Assembly (NCBI RefSeq): GCF_009914755.1
Contig: NC_060933.1
Direction: 5' to 3' (one strand)
Source: the human T2T-CHM13v2.0 reference genome, Homo sapiens
DNA: 64,000 nucleotides
Each line of letters opens with the position of its first letter. Position 1 is the first letter of the stretch. A model generated the notes under the pieces. It did no database searches. It saw only the letters and a list, made by a program, of their open reading frames with translations, and had not been told where the DNA came from. A program made the translations under genes and the position numbers. This document shows, in pieces, positions 53,804 to 64,000 of the stretch.

Positions 53804-55000
53804 ACTCCAATGAATGTGCAAAATGTCCAGACAACCAGTATTCAGTGAGAGCGATCACTGCCTCACAGAGATGTGACCTTCCTGGACTTTGAAGATGCAC
53901 TGGGGACAGCACTGGCCAGCATAGCTCTCTGTTTCTCTGTCCTCACTGCCATTGGTATGGTTTCGCTGTGTCCCCACCCTAATCTCATCTTGAATTATAG
54001 CTCCCATAATTCCCACGTGTTGTGAGAGGGAGCTGGTGGGAGATAATTGAATCATGGGCGCAGTTGCTCCCATACTGTTCTAAGTCTCACAAGATCTGAT
54101 AATTTTATTAAAAGGTTTCCCCTTTCGCTTGGCTCTCGTGCTCCCTTGCAGGCCGCCATGGTAAGACGTACCTTTCACCTTCAGCCGTGATTGTGAGGCC
54201 TCCCCAGCCACGTGGAACTGTGTGTCCATTAAGGCTCTCTTCCTTTATAAATTACCCAGTCTCTGATATATCTTTATCAGCAGTGTGAAAATGGACTAAT
54301 ACAGCCATGGTTCTTATGATCTTTGTGAAGCACATACACACACTCATAGTCAAGACTCTCAGCGACATCTCTCTGTCTGTTTTCTTCTGCTCCTTGCTCT
54401 TCACTGGCTGTACAAACACAGTCACTTGTATCCTCTGACAGACAACATTTGGAATCATTTTTACTGTGGTTGTTTCAACTGCGTTAGCTAAAACTATCAC
54501 TGTGCTTATAGCCTGTAAGGCTACAGCATCAGAGAGAAAGCCAAAGTGGTTTTGGGGACTGGGAGTATTTAGCACAGTTATTTTCATCTGTTTCCTTATC
54601 CAAGTAACTCTCTGGAATTTGGCATGGGATCAAAGAGTGCCATCAGGACTCTCAATGATGAGGTATTCTTTGCCTTCCACTCTGTTCTGGGATTCTTGAC
54701 CTTTTTGGCACTGGGGAGCTTCATCTTGGCTTTCCTGGCCAGCAGCCTGCCTGACACCTTCAATGAAGCCAAGTTCTTGATGTTCAGCATGCTGATGTTA
54801 TGTACTGTTTGAATTACCTTCCAAACTGTGTAACATAGCACCAAAGGGAAGGTCATGGTTGCCTTGGAAATATTCTCCACCTTGACTTCCAGTGCTGAGT
54901 GCTAGGCGGTATCTTTGCTCCCAGAGGCCGTATTATTCTAATAAAACCAGATAAGAATACTCTTGGAGAGTTAAGGGAAAAAAGCAAGTTCTTACATGTA
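53804..55000 (+). pseudogene. V2R exon 6 (end of cysteine-rich domain plus 7TM_3 domain)
   Basis: Acceptor AAATCAG| at 53803. DSNECAKCPDNQYS...VTFLDFEDALGTALASIALCFSVLTA[LTR]MVLMIFVKHIHTLIVK...TCIL*QTTFGIIFTVVVSTALAKTITVLIA...FLIQVTL...[28 protein letters not shown]...V*ITFQTV*HSTKGKVMVALEIFS...IFAPR...IILIKPDKN. Stops at 54436, 54810 and 54831. Confidence 0.96.
53953..54303 (+). mobile_element. THE1 (THE1C-like) solo LTR inserted in V2R exon 6 (TM1)
   Basis: 351 bp, TGGTATGGTTTCGCTGTGTCCCCACC...GGACTAATACA. 5-bp TSD GCCAT at 53948-53952 and 54304-54308. Removing it restores ...LTA-MVL... in frame. Confidence 0.93.
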
Positions 55001-56154
55001 TAAATATTTAATTTCTGGCCTTAGAAAAATAAAAAAGAGGAATGTAAAAAATAACTGCTATTTGCATGCAGATGAGACACAGTCACATTTAAGTAATATT
55101 TCAGACTGGTTTATAATCTCTTAACTCTGCCATTACATTCAAATAGTGTGAAATTCACAATACCTTCAATCACCAAGTTTGTGAATATAAATATTAACTT
55201 TGATGTGTGTTTTCTGCAGGTTAAATCTATTATTAAATGCTGTAAGTTGTCCTTCATTATATGCACAGTAACCCTTTTTATCTCTATCTTTAGCTACCAT
55301 TTTGTCTTAGACACACATCTTAAGCAGAAAGTATTGAGGCAGTCCTCCACTCAACATCTCATTTAATTTTATGACTTTTTTCTAATTGGCGGGACAGATG
55401 GCATAAAGATTTATAATTTGTATTTGAACTTTATTATATTTTTCTGTTTTCTTCTGACAAATATATGTAAAATTATAAAAATTTACCTGCAATTTGTATA
55501 TCTAAATTGTGGGAGGTAGGAGTCTAATATTACTTTTATCAAACAAACCAGACATTTGCCCCTAAATAATAATAGACTACACTTGTCTTATTGATTTCAA
55601 ATGCAACTGTATTGTACTCTACATTTTTGTGTTGTCAAAAATAACTCCATGTCAGTTTAGTTATCAACAAGCAATTTTAATATATGTGGGAGAACAATCA
55701 ATAGATTGTTATCAGAGATAAAAATTGGATTTATAAAACAAAAGGGCAGAGGCATTTAAAAAAAAAAAGTCTGAAAAATTAGTTTAGTTTTCTTTATCCT
55801 GAGTATACTGACTGACAAGAGGGACACTAAGGGATCAGTCTCTGGGATAGTCAACAGAGAAAACTTTCAGTTATTTCTAGATTATCTGAAAAGGCTCGAC
55901 AGTTCTGCTGGGACAAACTGTGTCCAGGCATTACGTGCCACTCTCCTTCTATTGCCACTCTGCACACAATTAAATCAGACTGCATCATATCCCTTTAAAA
56001 TATATCTTATATCTCTGTTTTCTTTGGTTAAAATCCAGCTCCCAGATGAACAGATTTTTCCTATAGAGGTTTTATTTTTTTCTTCAACACTGTATTATGA
56101 GTTGAATGTCAGGTCAGGGTTATGGCTGTGAAGCAAGATATAAGAATCAAGATA

Positions 56155-56474
<320 letters not shown>

Positions 56475-56835
56475 TTAAAAAAGATAAAAAGTTTGGGAAT
56501 AATCCCAAGTATTTTAAGAAATATTTGAAGCTCGCTTAGCATCTGTTTTTCTTGGGTTTAGCTTAGCCAGAAAAATAACTCCTAAGATCGAATAAATCAA
56601 TTTTACTTACCTAATGTTTATTCAGGTTCCAGATATTTCAGGTATGGTAAAGATTTTCTCTTGGAAGGACATTAAATTGCCAATTATCTATTACTTAGGA
56701 CTATCCTAGTCAACACGTTGCTGCTATTCTGTTGAGTTTCTAAAACCTGAGGTGCTTTGTTTACTGCGGAGTCCATAGTCAAGGATAAATTATGGATCAT
56801 GCATGTTAGTTGGGAAACAACTTGGATAAGGTAGA

Positions 56836-56918
56836 AACACCTACACACACACAAACATACTCACACATACACCCACCTACACACATACACACACACAGTC
56901 ACACACACACACTAACAC
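56836..56918 (+). repeat. Imperfect (CA)n tract, continuing at 58308-58365 beyond the LTR12C
   Basis: CA-rich sequence on both sides of the LTR. Confidence 0.85.
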
Positions 56919-58307
56919 TGTGCCCGAAATTGGTGGGTTCTTGGTCTCACTGACTTCAAGAATGAAGCCGCGGACCCTCGCGGTGAGTGTTACAGCTTTT
57001 AAGGTGGCGCATCTGGAAGTCTGTCCCTTCTGACGTTCACATGTGTTCGGAGTTTCTTCCTTCTGGTGGGTTCGTGGTCTCGCTGGCTCAGGAGTGAAGC
57101 TGCAGACCTTCGTGGTGAGTGTTACAGCTCTTAAGGTGGCACGTCTGGAGTTGTTCGTTCCTCCCGGTGGGCTGGTGGTCTCACTGGGCTCAGGAGTGAA
57201 GCTGCAAATCTTCACGGTGAGTGTTACAGCTTATAAAAGCAGCGTGCACCCAAAGAATGAGCAGTAGCAAGATTTATTGCAAAGGGCAAAAGAACACAGG
57301 TTCCACAGTCTGGAAGGGGACCCGAGCGGGTTGCCAATGCTGGCTCGGGCAGCCTGCTTTTATTCTCTTATCTGGCCCCACCCACATGCTGCTGATTGGT
57401 AGAGCCGAGTGGCCTGTTTTAACAGGGCGCTGATTGGTGCGTTTACAATCCCTGAGCTAGATACAAAGGTTCTCCACCTCCCCATCAGATTAGTTAGATA
57501 CAGAGTTTCCACACACAGGTTCTCCAAGGCCCCACCAGAGCAGCTAGATACACAGTGTCGATTGGTGCATTCACAAACCTTGAGCTAAACACAGGGTGCT
57601 GATTGGTGTATTTACAATCCCTGAGCTAGACATAAAGACTCTCCACCTCCCCACCAGACTCAGGAGCCCAGCTGGCTTCACCTAGTGGATCCCGCACAGG
57701 GGCTGCAGGTGGAGCTGCCTGCCAGTCCCGCGCCGTGCGCTCGCACTCCTCAGCCCTAGGGTGGTCGATGGGACCGGGCGCCGTGGAGCAGGGGGTGGTG
57801 CTCGTCGGGGAGGCTCGGGCTGCACAGGAGCCCATGGAGTGGGTGGGAGGCTCAGGCATGGCGGGTTGCAGGTCCCCAGCCCTGCCCCGTGGGAAGGCAG
57901 CTAAGGCCTGGCGAGAAATCGAGCGCAGCACTGGTGGGCCGGCACTGCTGGGGGACCCAGTACACCCTCTGCAGCCGCTGGCCCGGGTGCTAAGTCCCTC
58001 ATTGCCCGGGGCCAGCAGGGCTGCCCGGCTGCTCCCAGTGCGGGGCCCGCCAAGCCCATGCCCACCCGGAACTCCAGCTGGCCCGCAAGCGCCACATGCA
58101 GCCCGGGTTCCCGCTTGCGCCTTTCCCTCCACACCTCCCTGCAAGCTGAAGGAGTGGGCTCCGGCCTTGGCCAGCCCAGAAAGGGGCTCCCACAGTGTAG
58201 TGGGGGCTGAAGGGCTCCTCAAATGCCGCCAAAGTGGGAGCCCAGGCAGGGGAGGTGCCGAGAGCAAGCGAGGGCTCTGAGGACTGCCAGCACGCTGTCA
58301 CCTCTCA
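56919..58307 (-). mobile_element. LTR12C (ERV9) solo LTR
   Basis: The minus strand begins TGAGAGGTGACAGCGTGCTGGCAGTCCTCAGAGCCC and ends ...GAACCCACCAATTTCGGGCACA. CpG-rich U3 and tandem U3/U5 repeats. 4-bp TSD ACAC at 56915-56918 and 58308-58311. Confidence 0.95.
57330..57640 (-). promoter_or_regulatory. LTR12C enhancer/promoter core (CCAAT/NF-Y repeats and AATAAA TATA-like box)
   Basis: ATTGG on + (CCAAT on -) at about 57395, 57433, 57561 and 57602. AATAAAAGCAGG on - at about 57353-57364. Activity is inferred from family knowledge. Confidence 0.65.
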
Positions 58308-60340
58308 ACACCTACACACAAACACTCACACCTACACACACAAGCACACATATACCCACACACAAAATGAAGCGTATATGTATACATGTACATATATATG
58401 ATAAATTCTGATGTCTTGAGTCCCTCTTTATAAACTACCACATTGATTCAATAAAATATGAGCAACTGAATGGTTTGTTTCAGTAAATGGAAAGGCCAGA
58501 ATACGATGTCCAAAACAATGTTTATGTTTGAATATGATTATAGAAAATCATGATTTCTTCATAAGAATAATAATTCCAAGAGTATATCTTGTGGAGACAC
58601 AAGTATGTTTTTCATAGTCACAATTATTTATCAAATGTCACCTGAATTTAATTAATTTTTGTATTCAGAATAAAATCCCAGAGTTTAGAAAAAGCATGCA
58701 ATGATTTCTGTGTAGCTTTATGAGAAAATAATTGGTCATAATTTATCATTAATTCCATATGCCATTATCTTTCTCATGAGGCTCTAGAAAATATCAGCAA
58801 CTGCAGCTAATTTTGAGGACCTGCATTTTAGCCATAACGTCTAGATGCTTTAGCATTAGTAATATTCTGGAAAGTTGCAATGAGTTCACAGGGTTTATCA
58901 GAATGAAATTAGTCAAGAAAATGAGAAAAATGACTGGGATTTCAATTTTCATAGCCTAATACCTTGAACTAAGAAAAAATGAAAAAAGTGAGACAAAGAG
59001 GGGTATCCAAGTGATAAAATAGAATCAAAATAAGGGCATGTTTTTCTGATCATGAAGTTTTACCTGAAATATCTTGAGTGAAAGCTTCATATGACTGAAT
59101 ATACTTTTAATGTCATCTTCCTGATATGTAGACTCTTGAAGGAATATGTCTACTGGAAGTTGTCTGCTTCTGGAGGCTTTTTAATAGGCCTCTAGGTCAG
59201 ATTTAACATGGGTCTGGATGTCCAGATTATAGGACCCTAAACACTTTTATCCTTAGAACCATGTCTTCTCTAGTGTTTTTCATAGAGCTTAAACAGATTC
59301 TTTGCGATTAAAAAAATAATCAAAATGGCTTTTTATAGCATAGTTCTAATGCTAAGTGTGTTTCTTCCAATAAACTCATTATCTTGGAGGGATACATCCA
59401 ATCATATCCCTCTTGGAAATACATTTTGTATTAATTGTGCACATGACTGCACATATATTAATTTTGTAAATACTGACAGGATACAAATTCAATGATATGG
59501 AATCTGTCAGAGCAGGATTCAAGCCAAGAGTCACGTACCTTCTTGTAACATTTACAAAATGAGAGTTTATGAGAAATTTGGGACAAGATCACATTAACAT
59601 TTTATCTAGGAGTAGAACTTTAGCTCAAACGAAAGCTTTAATTAAAATGAAAAGTTTCTTCTTTGGTAAATGACTTTTAAAACTTTACACTTTGGTAACT
59701 GATCCTTGGTTATGCTAAGTACAAATAAATTATTTCCAAGAAATTTTCTTTGAGATTTTCTTGAAATATGAATAAGTATTTTGGATTAATAAAATCAGTT
59801 TCAGCAACTGGTTTTACCAGTTGATGGAAAAACCAATAAGGGCTTCTACTTTTATACAGTAGTCATCTAGAAAGTTCTCTGTGGTTTTTAATATATCAAC
59901 TAAATTATAGCCTATAATTTTAATAACCAAGATTCATTTTGAATATTGTGTTGCCCTCAAAGTCATTAATCATTTTCAGTGTTTGATTGAAGTACCCAAC
60001 GAAATTAGAGAACTCCTTTGTTATCATAGCTTGTTAGATTCATAAAAAGTCTCAGAGGAATATCTACTCTACTTGTGGTAGCTAAGCCTTAAAGCTATAG
60101 CAAGGTTGTATGCTTACACTAGACCTATCAGTTTAACCATTTGAGAAGAACTAAGCATTGGTAAAAAGGCAGATTCTATAACAGATATCCAAAAATTATA
60201 GCCTATACTGTAAAATATATACCTGGATCACATTAATATTACATCAAGGTTCTGTAGAGGAACATTAGTCCCAAAAGTGCATGATTAAAGTTTCAGTAGT
60301 TGGTAGACACAAATAACAGTCACCTATATTAACAAGGAAA

Positions 60341-61586
60341 TGTAGTGTCTGAGATTTTACCCCATTTATAAGCTAATAAGTTAGTCTGTTACTGTTTCAT
60401 GAATAGGGGGAAGACACAACAGTCCTGGATCAGAGACAAACATTTCATTACTCACGGCATTGCTAATGTGAGTGTCATGTTGTATCAGTCAACTTTGTCC
60501 CCCAAATCTCACAAGGATAAAGCAGAGGAACCCAAGTCAATGGTGAACATGCTATAATAAATTTGTATTGCAGCAAAGAAACACTGAGCTTGGGGGATGT
60601 ACTGCTTTTACATTAAGCAGTAGACAAGTCTGCTTAACGTTCCAAAGGGAAACATTTTTTCACCTCTCAAGGTTGCTGCTAGAAATACAACCTAGAGAAA
60701 TGGTATGGAAAAAGAGCATTCAGAGCCTTGCATTTAAATTTTTTTCCCTTTTGACACAGGTATTTATTCTTATTTGTCTACATCTACATATCTCAAATTT
60801 TCTACTGTGATAAATAAACATAACATGAAATGTTACCATTTTAATGACTTTAAGTGTACAATTCAGTGGCAAGCACACTCACATTGTTGTGCCATCATCA
60901 CCACTATCCATCTCCAGAATTTTTTTCATCTTGCAGAACTGAAACTCTGTACCCATTAACACTAATTATCAATTCCTTACTCCCCCCAGCCCCAGGCAAT
61001 GACCATTTTACTTTCTGTTTCTATGAATTTGATTACTCTGGGTACCTCATATCAGTAGAATCATAAAATATATCTCCATTTGTGTCTACCTTATTTTACT
61101 TAGTGTAAGGTCTTTCAAATTTTTCTATATTGTAGCATGTGGCAGAATTTCCTTTCTTTTTAAGGATGAATTATATTTTACTCTATGTCTATGCCACATT
61201 TTATCTCTTTATCTGCCAATGGATATTTGGGTTGTTTCTACTTTTGGCTACTGTGAATAATGCTAATATGGATGTTGATGTACAAATATCTGTTTGAGTC
61301 CTTGCTTGAAATTAATTTTGGAGGAATTGCTGGGTCATATGGTAATTCTGTGTTTAATTCCTTGGGAAATCACCATACTCTGGTCCACAGCAACTCTATC
61401 ATTTTGCATTCCCACCAGTAACCATAAAGGCCCTAGTTTCTCTACCTCTTCATCAGCATTCGTTATTTTCTGTTCATTTGATATTAATTATCCTAATGGG
61501 TGTGAAGTAAGGAGACTTGCATTCTTGACATACCCAGCAAGAACCTTCAGAACTACGCAAGGCTCATGGTAGACTGCTTCCCTCAA
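60341..61586 (-). mobile_element. ERVL-type solo LTR (MER74/MER54-like) inserted in the ERV pol, split by an L1
   Basis: TGTAGTGTCTGAGATTTTACCCCATTTATAAGCTAATAAGTTAG...GATCAGAGACAAA is homologous to 2933-3040. The element resumes at 61516. Confidence 0.65.
60735..61512 (-). mobile_element. L1MB/MA-like 3' fragment inside the LTR
   Basis: TTTAAGTGTACAATTCAGTGGCA...GAAACTCTGTACCCATTAA. Flanking GAG(C/A)CTTGCATT repeat at about 60723-60734 and 61512-61523. Confidence 0.82.
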
Positions 61587-61949
61587 TCAGTAGCTAGATT
61601 TAGTTAGTAGCAGAGTTTAAAGGTTTTCTGGGGAAGTAGCCAACAAAAGATTATATAAGCAATGATGTTGTTTTCCTAGAAGTGCCACGTGTTGTTCTAT
61701 ACTAATGACACTCTTGTCAAAGACCCTATGCAGAGTGAGCTGAGGGAAGTCTGCTAAGACTTTATCAGCTGGGCTACCACTATAACTAAACAAAGTGAAT
61801 AAACCGTAGTCACAAGGTCAAGAGAAATGTTAATGTAGGTAATGAGCTTGTGATCAATTTTTAAACCATAAAGCAAAATGTTATCTCTATGCACAAATAA
61901 TGGAGAAGGTTTACTTTCATTAGAAATGCCAGCCAATGTGGACCCTACT

Positions 61950-64000
61950 GTCACTACCCTGGTGAAGTGTTTTGGCTGGCACTCCCCATCAGAGTCTTGT
62001 TGCCAGTGGACTGGGAACACCTTGGCTCCTCCAAGCACCTCCTGCAACAGGTGCTTAACCTGGAGGGGCCAGAGAACAAAGCTGGAGGCCTAGTACCACC
62101 TTCCAGGGTAAGAGTACACAGCCCAGGTATGGCCCCCTGAAAATTTCCAGAGATGAAACCAGTTCACTTAACTCACTTTATACCATAGTCAACCCCCAAG
62201 GGAATCAAAGAATATACAAGTGAAAATCCCCATCCAAAGGACGGCAACTTCAAACATTAAAGGAACATCAGCCCACACAGAAGAGAAAGAACCAGTACAG
62301 GAACTCTGACAGCTCAAAAAGCAGAATGTCTTCTTACCTCCAAATGACCCAGCAGTGGTTCTTAATCAGGCTGAAATGACAGTCATGGAATTCAGCATTG
62401 GGACAGGAACAAAGATTACCAAGTTTCAGGAGTAAGTTGAAACACAATCAAAGGAATCTAAGGAATTTATTTAAATGATGCAAGAAGTGAACGACAAAAT
62501 CACCGTTCTGAGAATGAAACCCATCTGACAGAGCTGAAAAACTCACTACAAGAATTTCATAATACAATCAGAATTGTTAACAGCAGAATAGACCAAGCTG
62601 AGGAAAGAATCTCAGAACTTGAAGACCAGATCTTTGAATCAACTCAATCAGACAAAAATGAATAAAAAAGCATAAACACAACTTCAGAGAAATATGGGAT
62701 TATGTAAAGAGACCAATTCTATGGCTCATTGGCCTGAAAGAGAGGAAGAGAGAGCAAGCAAGTTGGAAAACATATTTGATGATAACTGTCCATGAAAATT
62801 TCCCCAACTTTGCTAAAGAGCTCGACATTCAAATTCAGGAAATGCAAAGAATCCCTTGAGATACTACACAAGATGTCCATTCCCAAGACACATATTTATT
62901 AGATTCTCCAAGGTCAACCTGAAAGAAAAAATAATAAAGACAACTAGAGAGAAGGGGTAGGTCACTTAAAAAGGAACCCCATCAGGCTAACAGCAGACCT
63001 TTCAGCAGGAACTATACAAGCCAGAAGAGATAGGGGGCCTATGTTCAGCATTCTTAAAGAAAAGAAATTCTAATCAAGAATTTCATATCCAGCCAAAGTA
63101 AGCTTTATAATCAAAGGAGGAATAAGATCCTTTTCAGACAAACAAATGCTAAGGGAATTCACCACCATCAGACTCACCTTACAAGAGATCCTTAAGGGTG
63201 TGCTAAACATGGGAACAGAAGACTGTTACCAGCAACCACAAACACACACTGAAGTACATAGACCACCGACATAAAGCAACTATGTAATCCAGTCTGCATA
63301 ACAACCAACTACCAACATGACAGGATCAAATCTGCACATATCAATATTAACCTTAAATGTAAAAGGGCTAAAGGCCATACTTAAAAGGCACAGAGTGGCA
63401 ATTGAATAAAGCAAGACCCAATGACATGCAGTTTTCAAGAGACCCATCTCACATGCAATGACACCCATAGGCTCAAAGTAAAAGAATAAAGAAAAATCTA
63501 TCAAGCAAATATAAAACAAAAACAAACAAGGTTGCTATTCTAATTTCAGATAAAACAGAGTTTATACCAATAACAACCAAAAAGAAGACAAAGAAAGGCA
63601 TCACATAATGATAAAGAGTTCAATTCAACAAGAAGACTTAACAATCCTAAATATAAATGCACCCAATACTGAGCACTCAGATTGATAAAACAAATTCTTA
63701 GAGACCTACGAAAAAACTTAGATAACCACACAATAATAGTGGGAGACTTCAACACCCCATTGACAGTATTAAACAGATCATCAAGGCAGAAAACAAAGAT
63801 ATTCATGACCTGAACTCAACACTTGACCAAATGGACCTAACAGACATTTCCAGAATGCTCCACTCAACAGCAGACTATATATATTTTTTCATCTGCACAT
63901 GGCCCTTACTAAAAAACTGCCCGCATGATTAACCATAAAACAATTCTCAACAAATTAAAAAAAAACCAAAATCATACCAACCACACTCTTGGACCACAGT
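61950..64000 (+). mobile_element. Old primate L1 (L1PA13-16/L1PB-like): end of 5'UTR, ORF1 and ORF2 endonuclease; runs off the window
   Basis: ORF1 motifs (GAATAGACCAAGCTGAGGAAAGAAT, CCAGAAGAGATAGGGGGCC). ORF2 starts ATGACAGGATCAAAT...ATATCAATATTAACC at about 63317. GTGGGAGACTTCAACACCCC reads VGDFNTP. Confidence 0.9.

Noticed and set aside
57626-58301. Longest ORFs in the window (213 aa and 181 aa)
   Set aside because: They lie wholly in the GC-rich U3 of LTR12C. Stop-poor composition explains them and there is no recognisable domain.

Overview
This is primate (human-like), repeat-dense, mostly AT-rich genomic DNA. I see no intact protein-coding gene, RNA gene or CRISPR array, and almost all ORFs in the track are Alu, L1 or LTR read-throughs. 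Two structures stand out under the repeats. (1) An unprocessed vomeronasal type-2 receptor (V2R, class C GPCR) pseudogene lies on the + strand. I could reconstruct exons 2-6 (about 42018-55000) with canonical splice sites. Exon 3 is interrupted by an AluSp and exon 6 by a THE1C LTR, both with clean target-site duplications (TSDs). I did not find exon 1. (2) A very degraded class I endogenous retrovirus internal region lies on the - strand (about 55990-61950). Its RT-connection, RNase H, integrase and env-TM remnants read in the correct order, and it is interrupted by an AluY, a (CA)n tract, an LTR12C and an ERVL-type LTR that itself carries an L1. The rest comprises about 32 Alu-family elements, several L1s, MaLR/ERV1/ERVL solo LTRs, L2, MIR and DNA-transposon relics. 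Repeat subfamily names are recalled from consensus sequences by eye and need RepeatMasker/Dfam confirmation. I find no evidence of a genuinely new functional system. The best leads are the V2R fossil, the cryptic provirus and the LTR12C promoter aimed across both.
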